Origin: Planctomycetota bacterium
GTDB taxonomy: Bacteria; Planctomycetota; B15-G4
Direction: 5' to 3'
DNA length: 64,000 nt
Assembly (NCBI GenBank): GCA_038212275.1
Contig: JBBQUR010000001.1
Location: 1 to 64,000, forward strand
The number at the start of each line of letters is the position of its first letter. Within the stretch, counting starts at the first letter, position 1. A model generated the notes under the pieces. That model saw only the letters and a program-made list of their open reading frames with translations, had not been told where the DNA came from and made no database searches. The position numbers and the translations under genes were made by a program. This document shows positions 51,274 through 63,967 of this stretch, piece after piece.

Positions 51274-52193
51274 GGCGCGCCGAGCGCCAGCGTGGAGAGA
51301 GCCGCGTCGAGCACAGGCACGCGCAACTCGCCCCGGCGGATGAGCCGCCGCGCCTGCTTCGCCGCGGGAGTGATCCACTGCCGCCAGCGACGGGCGTCCG
51401 GCGCGGCGCCCTCGGCGGCCTTGAGCGCATACGTGCCGATGGCCTTGACGAGGCGCTGCACGGCGACGGCCGCCGTGCCGGGCGCCTCGCCGGCCACGCG
51501 GTCGCGGTCCGCATCGGGCAGCGTGATGTACGGATCGTAGGCCAGCGAGACGCGGTCATACGCGGCCGGTCCGGGCATGGCGTCCTGGTGATCGACGATG
51601 CGCACGCGCCCTTCGTGCCAGAGCAGGTTGCGCGCGTGGTAGTCGCGGTGGCAGAGCACCATCGGTTGCGCGGTGCATGCGTTGACGAGCATCGTCAGGT
51701 CCTCGGCGAGGCGCGGGCCCGGGGGGCCGTCGAGCAGCAGGGCCGCCGTCACGAACTGGTCCAGCTCGCGCTGCAGGCGGCGCGCATCGAGCGGCGGTTG
51801 CGGCGACGTGTCCAGGGCGCCCAGCGTTTCGATGGCAGGCAGCAGCTCCAGCGCCTTCGCGTGCAGGTCGGCGAGATCGGCCCCGTGCTCGACCGCGCTG
51901 ACGAGCGTCTCGTCGCCGAGATCCTCCTGCAGGATCCAGCCGTGCGCGGGGTCGCTGTCGTGGATGTGCGGCACGGGGACCCCGGCCGCGGCGAGCAATC
52001 GCGTGGCGCGCTCGACGCGGGCGACTTCGGCGGGAGGCGTGCCCTTGGCGAACACCATGACCACGGCGGTCTGCAGCGGGTAGTGCTGCAGACGGGTCAG
52101 GCGTGCATAGCGACGCGTGCTGGCCTCCGAGGGCAGCCAGACAGAGTGTGCGCAAGCGAGGGGTTTGTCGCCCTGGCGGGCCGTCGTGGACAT
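51270..52193 (-). CDS. Aminoglycoside phosphotransferase family, AmgK-like MurNAc/GlcNAc 1-kinase
   Basis: EASTRRYAR, QEDLGD, LCHRDYHARNL, VDHQDAMPGPAAYD; coupled to the nucleotidyltransferase. Confidence 0.78.
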   Translation of the reverse strand: MSTTARQGDKPLACAHSVWLPSEASTRRYARLTRLQHYPLQTAVVMVFAKGTPPAEVARVERATRLLAAAGVPVPHIHDSDPAHGWILQEDLGDETLVSAVEHGADLADLHAKALELLPAIETLGALDTSPQPPLDARRLQRELDQFVTAALLLDGPPGPRLAEDLTMLVNACTAQPMVLCHRDYHARNLLWHEGRVRIVDHQDAMPGPAAYDRVSLAYDPYITLPDADRDRVAGEAPGTAAVAVQRLVKAIGTYALKAAEGAAPDARRWRQWITPAAKQARRLIRRGELRVPVLDAALSTLALGAP

Positions 52194-52281
52194 GCGTCGC
52201 ACTCTAGCGAAGCGAAGGGGACGCCCGAAGCGGCCGTCCGCGACTTCACCGGCCGGCGGCATTGCACTACCATGCGCGGTC

Positions 52282-53823
52282 ATGAAGCTGCTCTGCATGC
52301 TCCTGCTCCTGGCGGGCTGGGTGGTGCCGGCCGACCAGAACGAACTGGTGGCCGAGTTCCGCCGCTACTACGCCAAGGCCAAGACGCCGCGCGAGCGCTG
52401 GGAAGCCGTGCAGGTCCTCAAGGACATCGACTCGCTGGAAGCGGCCCAGGCGCTGACGGGCGCCTTCGAGGACGAGGACTTCTCCGTGCGCCGCGGGGCC
52501 ATCGATGTGGTGGCCGGCTTCAAGCTCGAAGCCACGGCGCAGTGGCTCGCGGACGAGGTCCTGCTGTCGCGCAAGCTGGCCAAGAAGACGCGCCTGCGTG
52601 CCGGCGCGGCCGAAGCCCTCGGCGGCATGGGCTTCCCCTTCGCGTACATCTCGCTCTCCGCGCTGCTTGAAGAGAAGGATCCGGACCTGCGGCTTGCCGG
52701 CATCACGGCGCTGGGTCGGCTGAAGGATCCGCGCGCCTGTCACGACCTGTCGCTGATGGCCGCCAACGAGGACGGCTCCGTGGCGCTCGCCGCACTGGAT
52801 GCGCTCGTCCTGATCGGCTCGGCCCCGGGCGCGGAACTGGCCGTGCTGGCGGCGCTGCAGCATCCCGACTGGCGCGTGCGCGCGCGCGCGATCGCGGCCG
52901 TCTACGAGCTGCGCCTGAGAGCCGGCATCCGCCCGCTCATCGAGCGTCTGGGAGTCGAGCAGGGACGGCTGGCGGGGGACGCCTACCAGGGCCTCAAGAG
53001 CATCACGCTGCGCGACTTCGGTGATACGCCGGGCGAGTGGTTGAAGTGGTGGGATCGGGCCGAGGAGTCCTGGGTGATGCCCGACTTCGAGAAGGTCGCG
53101 GAGGCGCGCGCGCTCGAAGCCAGGAACGGTACGCGCTACACGACGGGCAAGAAGGAGTTCCTCGGCGTGGCGACGCGCTCCGAGAACATCCTGTTCGTGA
53201 TCGACGTCTCGGGCAGCATGGAAGTGCCCTTCGCGGACCTGCAGCGCCTCAAGGCGAGCGGCCGCACCTACTCGTCCTTCCAGCGCCTGCAGATCGTGAA
53301 GGAAGAGCTGATCCAGACGATCGCGGAACTGCCCGACACGACCGGTTTCAACATCATCGCCTTCGCCAGCGACGTCAAGCCGTGGAAGAAGGATCAGATG
53401 CGCGCCAACGTGCTGAACAAGTCGGCGGCGACCGACTGGGTCAACAAGCTCAAGCCGCTGGGGGGCGAGTCGGCGGGCTTCAAGGCGCAGTCCGGGCTGT
53501 CGCTCGCGGCCTCGAACGAGGGCCAGACCAACACCTACCTCGCGCTCATGACCGCGCTCGGCGAACCGGCCGACGCCAAGGGTGGTGCGGGCTTCGTGAC
53601 GGCGCCTCCCAAAAGCCCGCTGGACACGATCTTCTTCCTGACCGACGGCGAGCCGACGGTGGGGAAGACCGTGGACATGCGCGAGATCCGCAACGAGGTG
53701 CGCCGGGTCAACGGCTACCGCGGCGTGCAGATCCACGTCATCTACGTGGGCGAGTACGGCGGTGAGGACATGGAGAAGCTGGCGCACGAGAACGGCGGCG
53801 TGTTCGTCTCCATCGGCGGCTGA
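52282..53823 (+). CDS. Secreted HEAT-repeat plus vWA domain protein
   Basis: Signal peptide MKLLCMLLLLAGWVVPA; HEAT-like DWRVRARAI, AAEALG; MIDAS DVSGSM...T...LTDGEP. Confidence 0.82.
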   Translation: MKLLCMLLLLAGWVVPADQNELVAEFRRYYAKAKTPRERWEAVQVLKDIDSLEAAQALTGAFEDEDFSVRRGAIDVVAGFKLEATAQWLADEVLLSRKLAKKTRLRAGAAEALGGMGFPFAYISLSALLEEKDPDLRLAGITALGRLKDPRACHDLSLMAANEDGSVALAALDALVLIGSAPGAELAVLAALQHPDWRVRARAIAAVYELRLRAGIRPLIERLGVEQGRLAGDAYQGLKSITLRDFGDTPGEWLKWWDRAEESWVMPDFEKVAEARALEARNGTRYTTGKKEFLGVATRSENILFVIDVSGSMEVPFADLQRLKASGRTYSSFQRLQIVKEELIQTIAELPDTTGFNIIAFASDVKPWKKDQMRANVLNKSAATDWVNKLKPLGGESAGFKAQSGLSLAASNEGQTNTYLALMTALGEPADAKGGAGFVTAPPKSPLDTIFFLTDGEPTVGKTVDMREIRNEVRRVNGYRGVQIHVIYVGEYGGEDMEKLAHENGGVFVSIGG

Positions 53824-53972
53824 GGCGACCTCCCGCCGCGTCGCGCGAGCGTGCCGCATGCGTCGCCGTGACGCCCCGGTCGGGGCCGCGAGCCGGCTTG
53901 CGCCGCGCCGGGCCGGTCGGCATCATGTCCACCCTTTCCGCGTGACCGGCACCGCCCTGCGGACGGAAACAT

Positions 53973-54050
<78 letters not shown>

Positions 54051-54161
54051 TCGCGCGGCACGCACGGCCGCCCGCCCGACGGCGGGCCGTGCAGGTGCGC
54101 GGGCCGGGCCGCGCGAACCGTGTAAACCGTGTCAGCCGCGTCGTCGTGGCGACCGAGACGC

Positions 54162-55133
54162 TCAGGGCGCCGACGTGAGCGCCGCCGGCTGCCGACGTCC
54201 GCGCAGCAGCCAGCCGGCTCCGCCCAGGATCGTGATGAAGGCGAAGACGAGCACGTGACTCACGAGCCCGGAGGTCGCCGCAGATTCCTTGTCCATGCCG
54301 ATCGTCATGTAGCCGGCGGTCCAGCCGGCCTCCCAGGTGCCGACGCCCGCCAGCGGACTCACGGGAATGACCGCGGAGAGGTGCAGTCCGGTCGTGCCGA
54401 TGAGGCTGGCGGGGAAGTCGACGGCGGCGGCGGCCGGCCCCAGCGGGGCGGGCGCGTCGGCCATCGCCGCCACGATGAGAAAGCAGGCCCCGTAGGTCGC
54501 GGCCCACGTCGCCAGCGAGGTGAGCGCGGCGAGGAAGAACTGGCTGCGCTGCATCGACGAGAGGTGCACCGCGGCGCGCCCGGCGAAGGCAATCGGCTTG
54601 CGTGTGCTGTTCGCGAGCATCGCCGCACGCCGCGCGAGGATCGGCAGCAGCAGCAGGCCGCCGACGAGCAGCGCGAACACGGCAACCGCACGCAGCGCCA
54701 TGTCGCCCGACGCACCGAAGCGACCCGTCAGCAGCAAGCCGATGAGCAGCCATGCCGCCACGGAGGCCAGGTCGAGGATGCGCATGAGCGCCAGCACGGA
54801 CACGCCCTCGTGCAGCGGCCGCCCGCACTCGGCGGAGAGCATGAGCGGCAGGCTTGCCTCGCCGGTGCGGAACGGCAGCACCACGGCCAGGAAGATGTGT
54901 CGCGCGGATATCGAGACGAGGTGAGGCAGCGAGCCCGCGCCGGGAAGGAGCACGGCGAGCCGCAGGCCGCGTCCGACGAAACTCGCCGCGTAGACGCCGA
55001 AGGCCAGTGCCACTGCGCCGCGGTCGAGGGTCGCCAGCGTGCCCGTCACCGCGCTCCACTTCAGATTCGTGGCGGCGGCGAGCAGCGCCAGCAGCACGAT
55101 GGAGACGAGCAGGGCCGGCAGCAGCCGCTTCAC
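54162..55133 (-). CDS. UPF0104 / lysylphosphatidylglycerol-synthase TM (flippase-like) protein
   Basis: RGLRL, VLPFRTGE, RILD, PVSPLAGVGTWEAG; ~8 TM segments; GTGA overlap with the methyltransferase. Confidence 0.82.
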   Translation of the reverse strand: MKRLLPALLVSIVLLALLAAATNLKWSAVTGTLATLDRGAVALAFGVYAASFVGRGLRLAVLLPGAGSLPHLVSISARHIFLAVVLPFRTGEASLPLMLSAECGRPLHEGVSVLALMRILDLASVAAWLLIGLLLTGRFGASGDMALRAVAVFALLVGGLLLLPILARRAAMLANSTRKPIAFAGRAAVHLSSMQRSQFFLAALTSLATWAATYGACFLIVAAMADAPAPLGPAAAAVDFPASLIGTTGLHLSAVIPVSPLAGVGTWEAGWTAGYMTIGMDKESAATSGLVSHVLVFAFITILGGAGWLLRGRRQPAALTSAP

Positions 55134-55927
55134 GCGCCGTCCGCCCGAGCCACTTCGAGCATCGTGTACCAGGACTGGCTGCGCAGCAGCGGCACGTGTG
55201 ACAGCCCTCGGTCCAGCGCGCGGAGCGCGGCGGCGATCCCTCCGGCGAAGGGCACGTGCTTGAGCACCGGCACGAGGTCCGGGTTGTCGCAGAGCGGGTA
55301 GGCGACGAAGCCGAAGCGCACCTCGCGCCGCACGACGAGGCCTGCGGCCGAGAGCAGCGCGCGGAGCTGGCCGCGGGTGTAGGCGCGGTCGATGGTGTGG
55401 ATCTTTCCGAAGGACGGCCGGCGCTTGACCCAGGCCCGCGCGGCCCGCGTGAGCAGGTTGTCGTTGGCGGGCTCTCCCATGATGAGGCGGCCGTCGCGCT
55501 TCAGCACCCGCGCGATTTCGGCCAGCACGCCGGCCTCGTCCTCCATGTGGTGCAGGGCGGAGCGGCACACGACGACGTCGCACGAGTCGGAGGCCAGGGG
55601 CAGCGCGGCCATGTCGGCGCGGAGCAGCCCGACCGCCAGGCCCGTGCGCAGGTCGGTGAGGTCGTAGCCCTCGAGCATTTCGGCGCTGATGTCGATGCCG
55701 ATGACCGACTCGTAGCGGCGCGCCAGCTTGTCGAGCATGACGCCCGTGCCGCAGCCGAGGTCCACCGCGCGGGCGCCGTCCCGGACGGGCGCCAGCCCCA
55801 TGAGGATGTCGTTGCGCTCCTCCTGGAAGGCCTCCGCGAATGCGTAGGCCGAGCGGCGCCGGTACATGTGCGCCACATTGCGGTGCATCTCGACCTGTTG
55901 CCGGGCGTGCTCGGACAGGGCGCTCAT
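55130..55927 (-). CDS. Class I SAM-dependent methyltransferase
   Basis: VDLGCGTG, GIDISAEML, LPLASDSCDVV, ALHH, RVLKRDG. Confidence 0.9.
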   Translation of the reverse strand: MSALSEHARQQVEMHRNVAHMYRRRSAYAFAEAFQEERNDILMGLAPVRDGARAVDLGCGTGVMLDKLARRYESVIGIDISAEMLEGYDLTDLRTGLAVGLLRADMAALPLASDSCDVVVCRSALHHMEDEAGVLAEIARVLKRDGRLIMGEPANDNLLTRAARAWVKRRPSFGKIHTIDRAYTRGQLRALLSAAGLVVRREVRFGFVAYPLCDNPDLVPVLKHVPFAGGIAAALRALDRGLSHVPLLRSQSWYTMLEVARADGA

Positions 55928-56041
55928 GGTCGGGGCAGTCTCTCACAGCGGCGAGGCGTCTGCCACACGCACGTCGGAGCCTGGCGCCGCGCCCGCACGC
56001 CGGTGCGCCGCCGCACCCGCACCCGCACGCCGCTGCGCCGC

Positions 56042-56139
56042 TGCGCCGGTGCGGTGGTGCGCCGGTGCGGTGGTGCGCCGGTGCGGTGGTGCGGTGGGTG
56101 CGGTGGGTGCGGTGGGTGCGGTGGGTGCGGAGGGTGCGG
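56042..56139. repeat. G-rich compound tandem repeat: (TGCGCCGGTGCGGTGG)x3 then (TGCGG[T/A]GGG)x5
   Basis: Directly visible in the divergent intergenic region. Confidence 0.9.
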
Positions 56140-56208
56140 CCGTGTGGCGATGCGACCGTGCACCGCCTCGGCCGGACGACACTGCCATCGGCCTGTGAAA
56201 TCCGGATC

Positions 56209-58389
56209 ATGGCCGGCGTGACCGCGAGCGAGCCCACCACCACAGCCGCGCCCTCGGGCGCTGCCGTCGGCATCCCGCGCAGCCTCGTCCTGGCGCTGGC
56301 GCTGCTCGTGCCGGTGGTGGTCGATCCCTTCGGCGAGGACACGCAGGGCGCGAAGGCGCTGGTGCTCTCCCTGTGCGGACTGGCGGCCCTCGTGCTGGGT
56401 GCGTCCGAGGTGCTGCGGCATGGGCGGCGCCCCGCGTCCACCACGCTGGCCGAGCGCGTGCTTGTGGCCCTGCTGGGGTGGTCGGCGCTGTCGCTGTTCT
56501 GGGCGCGCAATCCCCAGATCGGCCTGACGCGCGTGCTGCTGCTGGCCGCGATGCTCGGGCTGGCCATCGGGGTGCGCGAGCTGTGCACGACGGCGGCGCG
56601 CGCGTGGCTCGTGCTGGTTGCGCTCGTCGTCGTCGGGACGTGCGCGATGACGGTCGACGCGCTGTCGGTGATCCAGGCGACGCCGATGCTGAGCGACACC
56701 GAACTCAAGCACGCGTCCGTGCTCTTCGTGCACAACAACATGGCGGCCAGCTACGTGACGGCGCTCGTGCCGCTCATGGTGGTCGGGCTCGTGGTGGCGA
56801 GGCGTCCGCTGCACCGGCTCGTCTGGCTGGTCGCGCTGGGCTGCCTGTCGCTGTACCTGCTGCTGCTCGGCAGTCGCGCCGGCATGCTCGGGGCGTTGCT
56901 CGCGGTGGTCGTGGTGGCGCTCCTCGTCGCGCTGCGCACCCGACTGCCGCGGCTGCGGATGTCGGGCCGGCGCTGGAGGATCCCTGCCGTGCTCGTGCTC
57001 GTGCTGATGGCGGCGCTGCCGCTGTCCGATCGCGTGCGCGGCCTGGCGAAGGACGGCTTCTATCGGGGCGTGCAGCTGCTCTCCTTCAACCTCGGCGAGG
57101 TCTCGTTCCGGCCGCTGCTGTGGCGCAAGACCATCGAGATGGTGCGCGAGCATCCGCTGCTGGGCGTGGGGGCCGGCAACTTCGTGGTCGAGTTCCCGCG
57201 CTTCGAGCGCCAGGCGGCCGCCAAGCCGCACGCGCACAACGATGCACTGCAGGTGCTTGCCGAATTGGGTCTGCCCGGGCTGGCGCTGTACCTCGGCCTC
57301 TTCGCGTCGCTCGCGGTGATGCTGGCCTCCGTGCTCTGCTCGGCGTGCGAGCAGCGAGCCTGGTTCGTCGCCGCGGCGGCGACCGGGAGCGTCGTGGTGT
57401 TCGGGGTCGTGGGGCAGTTCGAGGTGCCGTTCGCCCTGGCCGCCACGGCCGGTCTGCTGGCGGTGCTCATCGGCGTGGCCGGTGCGCTCACGCGCCTCGG
57501 CGGCGAGGGCGCGGCTCCGGCGGCTCCCGCAGGGCGTGCCCGCCGTCCCGTGGCCGCTCTCACGCTGCTGACCTGCGTTCCGGCGCTCATCGTGACGGCC
57601 ATCCATGTGCCCGGAAGCTGGCTGACAGCTCGCGCGCAGGAGCGCGCCGCGGCCGGTGATCTCGACACGGCCGAAGCGCTCTACGCCAGGGTGTCCGCGC
57701 TCGGCACGGGAAGCCACGTGCCCGAGCGCATGCTGGGGTTGCTGGACCTGCAGCGCGGCGCGGGAGAGTCCGCGCTCGAACACTTCCGTGCGGCCCGCGT
57801 GCTCTGGCCTTTCTCCAGCGAACTCGCCGAGGACGAGGGCGATGCGCTCATGCTGCTCGGGCGCCACGATGAGGCCGTGGAGCTTTATCAGGAGTCGGTG
57901 GCGGGCAGCCCGACACGTATCGGGTCGTTCTCGAAGCTCGTCCTCGCGCTGGACAGCGCGGGGCGGCTGAGGGAAGCCATCGACCTGCTGCAATACAAGG
58001 TCTGCACCGATCATGCGACCACGCTGGCCTCGGTGCAGCGCCTCGCGGACATGTGGCGCCGTCGCGCCCGGGATGAGGAGGGCCCCGCACGGATCGAGGC
58101 CCTCGTGGCCGCGCGCCACTTCTACGCCGTGCTGCTTCAGGAGGCCGAGCCGGAGCGCATGTCCGAGCTGAACCGGATCTACAAGGACGTGACGCACCTC
58201 CTGCAGGTGCAGCCCGGCTCGCCGTCCTCATGGTGGGTGGTCTATGACCGGTTCCGCGAGCAGAACAGCCTGCGCATGCCCTTCACCGCGCTCTGGACCT
58301 CCATGGACGACGACGCGCACCGGCTGTTCCCCGGCTACGTGGAGCCGCTCGGACCGCCGATTCCCGGGCTCTGGCGCGACCCGCCGTGA
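56209..58389 (+). CDS. O-antigen ligase (Wzy_C/WaaL/PglL-like) family protein with C-terminal TPR-like region
   Basis: About 12 TM segments, HNNMAA, GSRAG, R..LW......EHPLLGVGAGNF, HAHNDALQVLAELG. Confidence 0.87.
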   Translation: MAGVTASEPTTTAAPSGAAVGIPRSLVLALALLVPVVVDPFGEDTQGAKALVLSLCGLAALVLGASEVLRHGRRPASTTLAERVLVALLGWSALSLFWARNPQIGLTRVLLLAAMLGLAIGVRELCTTAARAWLVLVALVVVGTCAMTVDALSVIQATPMLSDTELKHASVLFVHNNMAASYVTALVPLMVVGLVVARRPLHRLVWLVALGCLSLYLLLLGSRAGMLGALLAVVVVALLVALRTRLPRLRMSGRRWRIPAVLVLVLMAALPLSDRVRGLAKDGFYRGVQLLSFNLGEVSFRPLLWRKTIEMVREHPLLGVGAGNFVVEFPRFERQAAAKPHAHNDALQVLAELGLPGLALYLGLFASLAVMLASVLCSACEQRAWFVAAAATGSVVVFGVVGQFEVPFALAATAGLLAVLIGVAGALTRLGGEGAAPAAPAGRARRPVAALTLLTCVPALIVTAIHVPGSWLTARAQERAAAGDLDTAEALYARVSALGTGSHVPERMLGLLDLQRGAGESALEHFRAARVLWPFSSELAEDEGDALMLLGRHDEAVELYQESVAGSPTRIGSFSKLVLALDSAGRLREAIDLLQYKVCTDHATTLASVQRLADMWRRRARDEEGPARIEALVAARHFYAVLLQEAEPERMSELNRIYKDVTHLLQVQPGSPSSWWVVYDRFREQNSLRMPFTALWTSMDDDAHRLFPGYVEPLGPPIPGLWRDPP

Positions 58390-58471
58390 GCACCGCCGAG
58401 CGGACCGCAAGCGGCTCGCTCAAGTCGACCCACCCTGTTCCCGACAGGTGGTTCACTCTCCTCCTTCTCCA

Positions 58472-58519
58472 GGGCCCGGGTCTCCGGGGGGTCACTCCCC
58501 CGGGGACCCGGGTCTTTTT
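58472..58519 (+). terminator. Intrinsic terminator-like hairpin upstream of guaB
   Basis: About 20-bp stem GGGCCCGGGTCTCCGGGGGG-TCAC-TCCCCCGGGGACCCGGGTCT followed by Ts. Confidence 0.8.
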
Positions 58520-58543
58520 GATTGCCCGCGCCAAGTGTGCTGA

Positions 58544-61805
<3,262 letters not shown>

Positions 61806-61809
<4 letters not shown>

Positions 61810-62879
61810 GTTCCGTGACGTTGTCGTCGCTCGACTGGATGCTCGACGCTCTGGCCGGGCTGTGCGCCCACGACACGACCACGGGGCATGAGGACCGCGG
61901 ACTGCCGGCGCTGCGCGAACTGCTGGCGTCTCTCGGAGCCGACGTGGTCGTGCAGAGCGTTGCGCCGTGGCGAAGCAACGTGCTGGCGCGCTGGGGCGAG
62001 CCCGAGCTGCTGTTCACCACGCACCTGGACACGGTGCCGCCCTACGTGGCGCCGCGCCGCGAGGCCGACGCCTTCTTCGGCCGCGGCAGCGCGGATGCCA
62101 AGGGGCAGATCGTCGCGCAGCTGGCGGCCGTGAAGGCGTTGCTCGCACGCGGCGAGACGCGCCTCGCGTGGCTGGGCGTCGTCGGCGAGGAGACGGACAG
62201 TGTCGGCGCGCATGCCGCGCTGACGCTCGCGCCGCAACTGCGCAGCTTGCGCGCGCTGGTCAACGGCGAGCCCACAGGCAATCGCCTCGCGACGGGGCAG
62301 CGCGGCCTGCTCCACCTGCGCCTGCACTGCACGGGTCTCGCCGCGCACAGTTCCACGCCCGAGCGCGGCCGCTCCGCCGTGTGGCCGCTGCTCGACTGGC
62401 TCGGGCGACTCCGCGACGGTGGTCCCGCCGCACCGGGCGAGCCACGCGGCGCGGACGTCCGTCTTGGCAGCGAGTCCTGGAACCTCGGACTGCTCTCGGG
62501 CGGCGAGGCGTCCAACGTCGTGCCGGCGCACGCGCAGGCCGAGCTGCTCGCGCGCACGCTGCCCGGCGGGAGCTTCCTGAACTCCGTGCGCCGCGCCGCG
62601 CCGCCGCCGGCGGAGATCGAGAGCGGCGTCGACGTGCTGCTGGAGTCTCCGCCCGCGCGCTTCGACACGCCGGCCGGCTTTCCTTCCGCGGCGATGCCCT
62701 TCGGCTCGGACGCGCCGCAGCTGGCCTCGCTCGTGCCGTCGGGCCGCGTGCTGCTCGCCGGCCCCGGCTCGATCGAGGTCGCGCACGCGCCGGACGAGCA
62801 CATCACGCACGCGGAACTCGCCTCCGGTGCCGCACTGAATCTGCGCCTGGCGCAGCACCTCCTCGAGGGAAATCACTGA
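61806..62879 (+). CDS. M20 family metallo-deacylase (ArgE/DapE-like)
   Basis: [39 protein letters not shown] overlap with guaA. Confidence 0.87.
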
Positions 62880-63967
62880 TGGGCAGCGCTGCCCGCATTC
62901 CGGTCACCGTGCTGGGCGCCACGGGCGTCGTCGGCCAGCGCTTCGTCGCACGGCTCGTGCAGCACCCGTGGTTCCGCATCGAGCACCTCGCCGCGAGCGA
63001 ACGCAGCGTCGGCCGCGCCTACGCCGAGGCCTGCACGTGGCAGCTCCCCGGGGAGACCGGCGGCCGGCACGCCAACGAGAGCCATGCGGGCTGCGGCGCG
63101 CGCACGCTGGTGGCCGCGACGCCCGAGGCCGCCTTCGCGCCGGTCGTCTTCTCCGCACTGGACAGCGGCCCTGCGCGCGACATCGAGCCGGCCTTCGCCG
63201 CAGCGGGTGCGGTCGTCTTCTCGAACGCGAGCGCCTTCCGCATGGATCCGGTCGTGCCGCTGCTCGTGCCGGAAGTCAACGCAGCCCACCTCGCGCTGCT
63301 GGACACGCAGCGCGTCCGCAGCGGCGGTCGCGGCGGCATCGTCTGCAATCCCAACTGCACGGCGACGGTGCTCACGCTCGCGCTCGCGCCGCTGCACCGC
63401 GCCTTCGGCGTGCAGACCGTGATGATGACGAGCATGCAGGCCGTGTCGGGCGCGGGCTGGCCCGGCGTGAGCAGCCTGGACATCCTCGGCAACGTCATCC
63501 CCTACATCCGCGACGAGGAAGAGAAGGTGCCGGAGGAAACCGCGCGCATGCTCGGCACGCTGCGCGACGGGGCCGTCGTGCCGGCGGACCTCACGCTCTC
63601 GGCGGCCTGTCATCGCGTGCCGGTGCTCGACGGCCACACGGAGGCCGTCTCCGTGCGATTGCGCGGCGACCCGTCCCCGGAGGCGGTGGCCGAATGCCTG
63701 GCGGAGTTCCGCGGCGAACCGCAGGAGCTGTCGCTGCCGAGCGCGCCGGAGCGCCCGGTCTACGTGCACACGGCCCCGGATCGCCCGCAGGTGCGGCGCG
63801 ACGTGCAGGCCGGCGGCGGCATGTCGGTGCACGTGGGGCGCGTGCGGCGCTGCCCCGTGCTGGGCATCAAATTCGTGGTCATGGGACACAATGCGGAGCG
63901 CGGCGCGGCGGGCGCTTCGCTCCTGAACGCGGAACTCGCGCACGCGCGCGGGCTGCTCGACGCATGA
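62879..63967 (+). CDS. asd: Aspartate-semialdehyde dehydrogenase
   Basis: LGATGVVGQRF, SNASAFRM, PEVN, NPNC, QAVSGAG, EEEK, RVPVLDGH, HN..RGAAG...NAE. Confidence 0.95.
   Translation: MGSAARIPVTVLGATGVVGQRFVARLVQHPWFRIEHLAASERSVGRAYAEACTWQLPGETGGRHANESHAGCGARTLVAATPEAAFAPVVFSALDSGPARDIEPAFAAAGAVVFSNASAFRMDPVVPLLVPEVNAAHLALLDTQRVRSGGRGGIVCNPNCTATVLTLALAPLHRAFGVQTVMMTSMQAVSGAGWPGVSSLDILGNVIPYIRDEEEKVPEETARMLGTLRDGAVVPADLTLSAACHRVPVLDGHTEAVSVRLRGDPSPEAVAECLAEFRGEPQELSLPSAPERPVYVHTAPDRPQVRRDVQAGGGMSVHVGRVRRCPVLGIKFVVMGHNAERGAAGASLLNAELAHARGLLDA

Noticed and set aside
55134..56741. 859-aa ORF suggesting a long N-terminal extension of the flippase-like gene
   Set aside because: The upstream part is an off-frame read of the methyltransferase and repeat region; GTG 55133 overlaps the methyltransferase stop.
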